A stretch of 64,000 nucleotides of DNA from Paraspadella gotoi (taxonomy: Eukaryota; Animalia; Chaetognatha): NCBI GenBank assembly GCA_051294375.1, contig JBJCIZ010000957.1:882-64881 (forward strand), written 5' to 3'. Made by a program: the position numbers and the translations under genes. Below the pieces are notes generated by a model, which saw only the letters and a list, made by a program, of their open reading frames with translations, searched no databases and was not told the origin of the DNA. The first letter of the stretch is position 1. Each line of letters opens with the position of its first letter. Below, piece after piece: positions 43,644 to 53,675 of this stretch.

Positions 43644-43726
43644 AGATAAAAATACTAAACATACTAAACATTTTAGTAAACATTCTAAACAAACTATAAA
43701 CATTAACAAACGCTAAATAAAAACAG

Positions 43727-44144
43727 GCTATGATCTCGGCGACGCTAAACACAAGATCGAGAGTTTGAAAGACTCGGACAAGGGAGGCTCCACTGGTGAG
43801 TCAGTGATGCTATTTAATCATATTTAATATAACACATGAAACATTTTTTTAATTTCATTGCAGACTCGAAAGATAAAAATATTTTGCAACAAATTCACAA
43901 TTTAACGCTGAGTTTGAGCGACACTATCAAAGAAGATTTTCAAGAATATCTTTCTAAATTATGTAAGGATTAGGTATTATTGACCTTTCTCTACCCTAAA
44001 TGTGTTTTAGAATACATAGTAGCAAAATAGTTTTCAATTACAAGCTAGACATTTTAATCAGTTAAGTGTGAGGCATAAAGTAATATAAACAGTTTTTTTT
44101 TCTTTTCTTTTAAACAGACTTTGCGGGAGAACACGAAAAAGCTG
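43727..44144 (+). CDS. Putative 5' exons of the FReD gene (43727-43795, 43864-43962 or 43973, 44118-44144)
   Basis: AG/GT-bounded open segments: YDLGDAKHKIESLKDSDKGGST, SKDKNILQQIHNLTLSLSDTIKEDFQEYLSKL (helical), TLRENTKKL. There is a phase conflict or in-frame TAG at 43971. Confidence 0.45.
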
Positions 44145-44332
44145 GTAATTTTTATTAATAAAGCTTAAAATGAGAATTTTAAAGTTGAAGTTTGACAATT
44201 CATAAACATAATATTCTATTTTTTAACTTGCGAAATTTGTTCACAATGTAAAAAGTAGTACCTAAGTAATGATAACATCGTGGCTTTATGTAAATGCCTA
44301 AAACCTCAAAGGTGACTTGTTTTAATCCTCAG

Positions 44333-47300
44333 ATTCACACGGTGAGGTGGCCGCCTTTTAAAGAGTGGACAATCATTATGTACCACGACCTTCTGCAGTC
44401 GAACATTTTCGAAAACTCGGGATGGGACGCGTACGTGAATGGATTCGGTAGCAACGATTGGAACAGCAGGTTTAACAAATAAGATTGATAAATTTCAAAT
44501 GATTTAAAAAAAGTGTTAAGATATAACTATGAGTAAAGCAAAATAACAGGATAAAAAGAGTAAAAAGAGATAAGAGAAAATTAAAACTTAAGAAATCAAA
44601 TGAAAATTAAACAAATAAGGTAAAAATGAAGATCAAATCAATCAAGAAAACATCACAGGCTTCACTTTAAAAAATTAAATCTGATAACTCTTTATTAATC
44701 ATTAAATTCTTCTCATAAACTCCCAGCAACGCCTATTGGATGGGACTGGAACCAATGAGGAATCTGACCCTTATTGGTCATTGGCGTCTCCTGGTTGCCG
44801 TCAAATATCTTCACAATTACGACGGAGGTTGGGATTTGCGACGAGACACTTGGGGTTGGGGCATTTGGGATGGATTTCATCTCAATAAAGACAGATACAT
44901 GCTCGATCTTGGAAACAGGTGTGAGCGAGAGAGAGAGAGAGAGATATTCGTAGATATTAGAGTTCCCCAGCCTCATTAAACTCCTTACAAAGTTCTCACT
45001 CGGTCCGGTTTTCCCATTATTTTTTTGACTTCAACTCATTTTGAAAACCCTGTACAAGCTAAAAAGGTTTTGGTTAATTAACCCAATTGAGCATCAAAGT
45101 CAATAGGTAGTGATGCAAAAAAATTGGTTTGAAAATGAACGAATTCATCAAATCAAGTGTTTCTTGATCTTTATATAAATGTTTTACACTATCAACTGCT
45201 AGAGAACATAGCTGGGCTGATTTTCCTAAGATCGTCATATTAGATTAAAAGAATATCTCATGATTATGGGGCGTGGCCCTAACCGGAAGTGAGGTTTTAC
45301 GTCAAAATTGTGTTCAAATTTTGACAAAATGTCTAGTGCTTTTTAGGAATAAGATGGCATGTATTGGGATGATATTGAACTGTAGGGAAGAGTGTTACAA
45401 AAAATGTGTTCCCAAAATCTAATGATTCTTTATACACAAAACACGTCGGCTTTGGGAACGTCAACCTACCGTCACAAAAAAAATACCATTTAGTCGGTCG
45501 CCATCTGTAATGGAAAATGAAAGTGTTGATGATCATGGCAATAATGTTAAAATCAAAAAAGACTTATATAATTATTGTGACGCCGCTAAAAATCCTCTTT
45601 CAAATAAAGAATATATTTTGACAGTGGAAGCAACCGCTGCGTAATTTTTGTCTTGCCATCACTCGTTTATATGTCTTAATTCAAACAATTTGGTAATAAA
45701 TATTGCATTTTACAATTTTGTGATGCTCTTTTGCCTAACGGAGATTTTCCATTTTTAGTGACTTGCTCGTCATAATCTTTTTAATTTTGGTCAAAACTGT
45801 TTTAACGGGGGGAGCGACAAATATTATGCCTCACCTCAGTTATTTTCTGTCTTTTTCCCTCTCTTATTTTTTGACCGTACTTAAGTTGTCCTCACGCGTT
45901 CGGCCAAATCATTTCGTCGGTCTTTTTGTCATTATTTTGTCGTAATTTGGCAAGACTCATGATCAATCTTCATTCTTCAGTTCATTTTTACGACTTACAA
46001 ATAGTAGCATCGCCCGTCCTGAAACTTGAGTTTTTACCATGAAATAACTTAGTATTTCACGCTCGTGATATCTAATGTTCCAGCGTTGTCCGTCCCTTGA
46101 AAGCTCTGACATAGGTTTTCATGAATCTTTTTCCCTGAATATCGAGTAAAATAATGAATGAAAAGTAGAAATGAAAATTTAGTAACTTGTATTTGACATA
46201 AAAATGTCCATAAAAATCCTGTAAAACTCAATTTCAGGACGGGCGATGCTACTTTTATTAAGGCAAAAAATGTACTAAACATTTCTCCTGAGCATCTTCA
46301 AATTACGACAAAAAAATGACAAAATACCGACGAAATACTAACCAGTAAATCATTTGGCCGAACGCGTGAGGAAAACTTAGGTATGGTCAAAATAGGACTT
46401 TGGCCGAGAGAGGAAAAGAAAGAAATTACTGAGGCGAGGCATAAAATTTGACAGTCATCCTGTCTATGTCTTAACAACTATTAATTTCTAAGCTTATTTT
46501 CGGTGAGTTAATGATATTGGTGAGGGCTTTTGTATATTAAATGGGATCATCATGGCCTTTCAAAGCCGTAACTTTCATTTGTAGTGGTTTATGCACATTT
46601 TTTGAATTAAGTAAAATTATTTATTGCTGACAGACAACGAATTTGTTTTTATTTTCAAAGATAAACATTGTGTAAAGACTTTTTGTTTTCGTTGTTTTTA
46701 GTAATTAGGAGAAAACAAATTGATTTGTTTTGGCAACGAATTGTATTAGTAGTTTACACCAGACATGTTTCGACTCTGCAGTCTTCATAACTAAGAAGAA
46801 TGAAGACTCTAAACTGCAGAGTCGAAACATGTCTGCTGTAAACTACTAATACAATTCGTTGCCAAAACAAATCAAATTGTTTTTCTCCTAATTATTTTCA
46901 AGGAGAAAAATGAACATGTTTAGTATGCTCGCCTTCATCAGCGCAAAATAATATGTTGTGAAAAGAGAGAGAGAGAGAGAGAGAGAGAGAAGAAAGGTTT
47001 TCTAACAAAGAATTGAGAAAAGAGAGGCTATGAAAGAGAGTGTGTGAAAGACAAATGAAATATAGTGAAATACATTTTGTACCTATTTTATAATATAATA
47101 AATAGTTTTAATGCGTTTTTATAAGTTGGAATTTACTTTTTTTAATTGCATTTTCCCAAAAATTATTCTTTTTATCTTTTTACTTTCGGTTATTTTTGTC
47201 CCACAGTACAGATGAACTGTTTCAAAAAAAATACTCAGTAAATAAACATCTAAGTTTTGTGGCATAATTGGTATTTATCTTTAAAAAATAAACTAAAGAG

Positions 47301-48508
47301 AAAAAATTTTAAGATTTTTAGAATAAATAAAAATTATAAAACAAGGTTTGCGCTACTTGACTTTGATGGAAACATTTTTTGTCCAAATTTGAGTTAAAAC
47401 CCCTCTAATGTAAATAAATAACGGGAAACCACTCTGAGTGAGAACCATATAGAGGATTATTTGACGATTGGGAGGTCTATGCCTATACAAGTAATTTATT
47501 TTTACCTGAGGAAAAAAAAATTTTTTTTTAAATTTTAAAACCAAAATAATTAATAATTTGTTAGATTATCAGAATAATAAAATATAAGCAAAATATAACT
47601 CAGAGAAATAGATTAGTTACTTTTGTTGCATTTAAAATCAATTTAAAAAAAATTTGAACAATTAAAACATTTATATGCTGAAAACCTTACTTCCGGTTAA
47701 GGCCACGCCCAATATAACAAGATATTTTTTCAAAATTAATAAAACAAAACTAGCTACTGGTGTTTTTAACTAATAATGGTGAAAAATCCTTAAATTTTAG
47801 CATATTAAAACTCTTTCTTTAAAAATTATTATCATTTTTCGCCAAATTTTTTTTTGCATCAGTACTAGTTCACTTTGACGCTCTATTGGTTTATTAGCAA
47901 AAACATTTTTTGGTCAAACAGACTTTAAAATGAATTTAAGACAAGAAATAATGGGGAAACCGGACCGAGTGAGAACTTAGTATGGGGTTTTTTCAGGCTG
48001 GGGAACTCTAGTAGATATTCGATATAAACTAATTAAATTCCTTATTGAAGGATTCGAATATTCAATATGGGCGAATACGACGCCATGGATTATCATCGCG
48101 GGAAAGTTTTTTCCACGCGCGATCGAGACAACGATAATAGGTCAGTTGTTTAAATTTTTTTTCAACATTCAACATTTAACATTGAATGTATGAATTATAA
48201 AATATCTAGACATTGTTTGTTTCCTTTCAATTCGTTATGTTTGATAATAGAAGACGTTTTTAATTTGAGATTACAACGATTTTTTATTTCAATTTTAGAC
48301 GTACATGTTTCGGCTTTAAAGCTCAAGCCTTCTTCAGCGTCAGACAATGTTATGAAATTTTTTCAAATTATTGTGCAAAGGAAAGTTAGAGAGAGAGAGA
48401 GAGAGAGAAAGGGCAAAGTTTTCCAACAAAGAACAGTGGTCAGATGTGATGACAGGTTAAGGTGAAGACAGTTTGAGCAAGGTTGTGAAAAGAAATTAAA
48501 TGGTGAAT

Positions 48509-48544
<36 letters not shown>

Positions 48545-49002
48545 AGAGAGAACATTGGAAAATGATACATTGTGCAATGTACAACAAAGATAAATTATTT
48601 GAACTAACAATGAAATTAATATTTTTAACAATTAACTAGTTAAAAAGTGTGAAAATGAAAAATTGAAATATGATAGATACATGAGTTAATATTAGTATGA
48701 AAGTGAAAGTTTAAGAATTAAGAAAGAGCTCAAAATGAGCTGGCCCCCTTTGGTTGAAGCAAATGAAAGGCCTAGACGATGTGGTCGAGTCATTAGCGCG
48801 TCAAAGGTTGAGAGGTCATGTTGGTTGAGCCTGTGTGTGCTGGACTGGGGAGGCTTCCTTGTGGGAAGAGTCCAAAGGCTATCCTAATGTCTCTCTGGCC
48901 TGGTACGCCTGTCGACAGCCCTCTTCTTGCCTGCTGGCGAGGTGGGTTGTTGTCGGTTTTTGCCGCTTTAGCTTTACATTGCACAATGTATCATTTTCCA
49001 AT

Positions 49003-49048
<46 letters not shown>

Positions 49049-49511
49049 ATTCACCATTTAATTTCTTTTCACAACCTAGCTCAATCTGTCTTCACCTTAA
49101 CCTGTCCTCACATCTGACCACTGTTCTTTTCTCAACTCTGTGTTGGAAAACTTTGCCCTTTCTCTCTCTCTCTCTCTAACTTTCCTTTGCACAATAATTT
49201 GAAAAAAATTTACAACATTGTCTGACGCTGAAGAAGGCTTGAGCTTTAAAGCCGAAACATGTACGTCTAAAATTGAAATAAAAAATCGTTGTAATCTCAA
49301 ATTAAAAACGTCTTCTAAAATATCTAGAATAGAATCTTTCCATTGCCTTTTTTTTGTCAGCCCCGATTCCTGTGCCCAGATCTACGGCGGCGGTTGGTGG
49401 TACGGCCGATGTCGCAATGCCTGCCCAACCTGCAGAGCCAAGTCGCGGACTTGGTACGACACTCAGACTCGGTACTGCAAGGAGGCGCTCATGGCCGTCG
49501 TCAAGGTTTAA
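44333..49511 (+). CDS. Fibrinogen-related domain (FReD; ficolin/angiopoietin-like) protein; exons 44333-44469, 44727-44918, 48051-48140, 49361-49511
   Basis: Spliced translation: IHTVRWPPFKEWTIIMYHD..WDAYVNGFGS..AYWMGLEPMRNLT..WRLLV..DAMDYHRGKVFSTRDRDNDNSPDSCAQIYGGGWWYGRC..ALMAVVKV*. All three introns are GT-AG and consistently phase 2. Confidence 0.92.
45825..46443. mobile_element. Foldback/MITE nested in the hAT element
   Basis: TCCTCACGCGTTCGGCCAAAT pairs with ATTTGGCCGAACGCGTGAGGA; AGTAGCATCGCCCGTCCTGAAA pairs with TTTCAGGACGGGCGATGCTACT. Confidence 0.75.
46666..46894. mobile_element. Ultra-short PLE relic: two inverted pLTR ends fused at the hammerhead
   Basis: Arms ~46702-46780 and 46814-46894 containing GCAGAGTC-GAAA-CATG-TC; tail at 46666-46701; approximate TSD TTATTTTCAA(A/G)GA(T/G)AAA. 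Confidence 0.75.
48298..48341 (-). ncRNA. Minimal hammerhead ribozyme (minus strand)
   Basis: Reverse complement of 49224-49267. Confidence 0.85.
49224..49267 (+). ncRNA. Minimal hammerhead ribozyme (plus strand)
   Basis: GACG-CTGAAGA-A-GGCTT(GAGCTTTA)AAGCC-GAAA-CATG-TA-CGTC. Confidence 0.87.
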
Positions 49512-50674
49512 AAATCATCATGCCTGGTTCCAAGTCCAGGCCTGGACTTGATGATGAAACGGACCCTGGCCAGGGTCCGTTTCATCGCTGCTAGAGGGGA
49601 TTAAAGATATTGAGGATAGCACTCTTTAGTCTTGAGTCTTCAGCCCACTTAACCTAACTCTAAGGTGCTAGGGCGTTATCCTTATACATTATTGCGTATT
49701 TGCGTCGACCTTACAAATTCCATTTTTTGGTTCCGTTTCTTGTTTTGTGTTGAGCTACATATTTGTTAATAACTATGTGAAAATCTTGGTTTAAAAAAAA
49801 ATGGCGAAATGCTCTTCGTTGCCCCCTTGCCGTCTGACTGAGCAGCGATCGGGATCGACAAACACAACGATAATTTGAAAGAGGGATTAATTGTTTAGGG
49901 TTTTGGTTAGGGATAAGATTAGTTTAGGGGATAGATATTAGGGTTAGGGACTAGGGTTAGGGATATAGGTTAGGGACTAGGGTTATCTTTCCCTACGTAA
50001 CTTTTACAACAACAAAATTCTGGCTTGCTGGGTGACTCATCGACTCAACTTTTGATTAAATTTCAATCAAAAACGACTCTCTTTAAGTATGATTGAGAGA
50101 GTTTGGAGTCTGCAGCTGCTTGCGTTTAGATAATATTGTTATTATTGTTAGACATTGTTTAATTTTTCTCTCTTTTCGTTGTTCAATAAGATAGCAGATT
50201 CGAAAACGAAAGTTTTAGTATTTTTACAACGATTTTTATTACAAAGTATTGGACATGTTTTGACTCTTGTTTTCGAGTCTTCATCAGCATTTGACAGTTT
50301 TATTTTTCACAATCATAAAGTTGGGGATAGAGAGAGTGAGAGAGAGAGAGAGAGAGAGATTCCAACAAAGAATTGAGAAAGGACAGTGGTCAGATTTCAG
50401 GACAGGTGAAGGCAAGGACAGGAGAAAGGGGAAATAAGTTGATTTTGAAATGGTGACAAAGAGAGAGAGAGAGAAACATTACATTTTTTAAATGTACAAC
50501 AAAGATAAATGAATCAGTAAACTAAATGAATAATAGTAACAAAGAAATAATAATAAATAGTTGATTTAACTAATGGAGTATAAGTGAAAGTGAAATTTGA
50601 AGAATAAGTGGTGAGGGATAGGTAAGTAAAGATTTTAGAGAAAAATTAAGTTAAGAAAGAAGCTCAAATTGAGC

Positions 50675-53213
50675 AAAAACGGAAGTTGCACCAACTTCGA
50701 CTGCGGCACGCCCAGCTCACGCTCGAAATGGATAGGCGTCAGCGTCGACGCAATGAACTGTTTCAACTCTCCGATGACAAAATCCGCAGATCTCAAGAAT
50801 GTTGGCTTGCCAACCATTCGTCCCACACCCTAACACAAGATGAAGATACAGTTTTACGTAAAGGTTTGTCTTTTGTTCCAACGCCTATTAATATTCCTGT
50901 TGTTGACCTCATCGTTGGCGTTGAGACGGGAGCCCGGCTCCTCGATCAACGGCCTGAAGTGGCGGCTACCCTTCGGGCAGGGGCGGCGCAAATACTCAGT
51001 GCTAAATGAGTTCCGCCGCCATCTAATGTCGGTAAGAGTGAACGCAAGGCCACTGCCTCACTCAAGCGCAATTGAGCAATCATGGTTCACCCCGCAGATA
51101 AGGGGCGAGCTGCGGTAGTCATGAACGCTCATGATTACAAGTCCAAAGTGCTAACAATGCTGGCAGACAAGGAAACATACAAGCCTTTGGCAAAGGATCC
51201 CACTCTCGCTTACAGAGTGAAGATCCAAACAGTAACAAGCAAAATTCGTGAATACTGCCCCGCGTCAGTTTTTCACAGTCAACCCTGACTCAACGCAGCC
51301 GCCACTTTTCTTTGGTCAGCCGAAGGTTCATAAGCTCGATCTACCGTTACACCCTATCGTATCGGCCCGCAATTCCATTTTTAATGGAATGACGAAGGAG
51401 TTGGGAAGAATTCTCACTCCTCTCGTCGGAAACCAACACCACATCAAAAATTCTCTTGATCTGACAGAAAAGCTGCAGCATATCAAAGTGCCCAATACTC
51501 ATCTCTTGATCTCGTGCGACCTTCAGAGCATGTTTACAAATATCCCTCAGGGACTGGCGTTGGCATCCGCAGAACGCCCCCTGAAGGGAGACCGGTGGTT
51601 GCACAAGCGTACGCCAATTCAATTGGATGATATCATGGCACTGCTGCGGTTGGAACTGGAACTGGCGTACTTCAGGTTCGATGGACGATACTATGCCCAG
51701 CCTGGTGGCTTAGGGATGGGCAAATCAACCTCGAGTCCTCTGGCAGATTTTTATATGGAGGACTATGAGGTGGAAGCTTTGGCTTCTTTTTGATCTCTGC
51801 ATGGGGCAGAATCAGTTCTTTTCGGGTATCGGAAGGCAGACAATACAATCCTGGCCGTGAGAAGGGATCTCATCGAGACCCTACTGAACCATTTGAACAG
51901 CATTGAAGCGAGCATCAAGTGGACGTGCGAAAAGGAGACGAATGGTCAAATTCCAATGCTCGATGTTCTTATAAAGCGCAGAGAGGGCGGCTCATTGGAA
52001 TTTTCAATATATCCCAAACCGACCCACACTGACCAATATATTCCCTTCAATTCGCACGCTCCCTTGTCGCACAAGCTTGCCACGGTCATGTCCCTGACCA
52101 GGAGAGCTCGACTGATTCCGTCGACCCCCGAGCTCCAGGCCGCTGAGCTTGAGCATGTCAAAAGAGCCTTGGCGCTCAATGGTTACCCTCTGTGGGCATT
52201 CGAGAAGGCTAGGTTTCGGCTAAACCAAGCTGAGGGCAGTGGCCACCAAGGGGCTGCCCAAGTAACTGCTGACGCAAGCTCAACCTCTGCCCCCCAGGAG
52301 GAAGAGCGATGCCTTGCTGCTGAAGGACCAACAGCGCCCACCACAGCGCAACCGGGAGATGAGCAGAAGCGTCTCAAGACCGTAGGTCATTTGTCCCTCC
52401 CCTACCACCAGGGGATCAATGAAGCTTTGGTGCGGGTGCTAGCAAAGCAGGGGATCTCCACTTCAGTGACGACCCGCGGCTCTTTACATGAGCAATTGGT
52501 GAAACCGAAAGACAAAATCCCCAGACCGAAAACATCAGGAGCCGTCTATTGGGCGGCCTGTGCAGGGGCGAGCAACCAAGCCTGCACAGCAGCATATGTG
52601 GGTGAGACAGGGAAGTCTTTATCAGATCGGTTCCAACAGCACAAGAAGCCGTATAAAGACAGTCGAGGCCACTACCTGTCGGCCATAGCAGAACATTCGG
52701 CCAATATGGGCCATCTGTTTAGAGAAACTGACTGTCTCATGCTGTCCCATGACCAAAACTGGTTCTCAAGTGGTATTAGAGAGGCAATTTACATCAAAGC
52801 CCTCGAGCCCTCTCTGAACCGTGATGGAGGACGAGTCAAGCTCCCTCCGAGCTATGATTCGCTCATCAAGTTGGTGGTGGAACACCCTACACCACTCCAA
52901 CCGCACGGTGATTCCCCTGTCCCCAACGGGTCAGGCGGAGGCCTCTCAGCAGGCAATGGACGTCAGCAACTTGGTGTGATCCTTCTCACACTGAGCATCG
53001 ACCAAAACGACGGCTGCAGGAGGAAGGAGAGGAGTCTGTATCACCTGCATCCAAGCAGGCAAGAACAGGCAGGTGAGAGGAGGGCAGTCGGTAGGCTTAT
53101 CAGGCCAAAGAGATATTTGAGTGGCACTCGGCATCTTCCCAAGTGGATCACTACCCGATCCCAGGGTGTCAAACTCTACAAAAATATCTTCTCAGCCTAT
53201 GACAGGTCAATGA
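50675..53213 (+). pseudogene. PLE polyprotein: reverse transcriptase + GIY-YIG endonuclease + C-terminal extension
   Basis: VLRKGLSFVPTP, PADKGRAAVVM, FFGQPKVHK, SCDLQSMFTNIP, GLGMGKSTSSPLAD, IPMLDVLI, YPKPTHTDQYI, GAVY..C..C..YVGETG, AIAEH, REAIYIK..LNRDGG. Contains a few TGA stops and frameshifts. Confidence 0.95.
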
Positions 53214-53629
53214 CCCGATCACATCGTCAACGTCCCCTATTTGCCTGGCCGGGGGGGGCCAGCTCAATTTGAGCTTCTTTCTTCTTAATTTTTCTCTAAA
53301 AGCTTTACTTACCTATCCCTCACACTTATTCTTCAAATTTCACTTTCACTTATACTCCATTAGTTAAATCAACTATTATTTATTATCATTTGTTATTATT
53401 CATTTAGTTTACTGATTCATTTATCTTTGTTGTACATTTCAAAATGTAATGTTTCTCTCCTCTCTCTCTCTCCTCTCTTTTCACCATTTCCAAAATCAAC
53501 TTATTTCCCCTTTCTCCTGTCCTTGCGTTCACCTGTCCTGAAATCTGACCACTGTCCTTTCTCAAATTTTGTTGGAATCTCTCTCACTCTCTCTATCCCC
53601 AACTTTATGATTGTGAAAAATAAAACTGT

Positions 53630-53675
53630 TAAAAGCTGATGAAGACTCGAAAACAAGAGTCGAAACATGTCCAAT
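53630..53675 (+). ncRNA. Minimal hammerhead ribozyme motif in the 3' pLTR (inverted copy at ~50249-50292 has GAAA>AAAA)
   Basis: CTGATGA-A-GACTC(GAAAACAA)GAGTC-GAAA-CATG-TC; stem I is weak. Confidence 0.7.

Larger units (their letters stand above)
44958..48010. mobile_element. Non-autonomous hAT-type element in a FReD intron
   Basis: 8-bp TSD GTAGATAT (44950-44957, 48011-48018); termini TAGAGTTCCCCAGCCT / AGGCTGGGGAACTCTA; imperfect inverted similarity extends ~340 bp. Confidence 0.88.
48211..49316 (-). mobile_element. Truncated PLE with inverted pLTRs in the last FReD intron
   Basis: Arms ~48249-48582 and 48975-49316; TSD TAAAATATCTAGA (48198-48210, ~49317-49328); the minus-strand interior encodes PGQRDIRIAFGLFPQGSLP..SQPLTR*. 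Confidence 0.88.

Noticed and set aside
52940-53272. ORF-track C-terminus of the 471-aa PLE ORF (…MTRSHRQRPLFAWPGGASSI)
   Set aside because: Comparison with two relics shows the codon-conserved peptide lies in other frames; this tail is probably a frameshift artefact.
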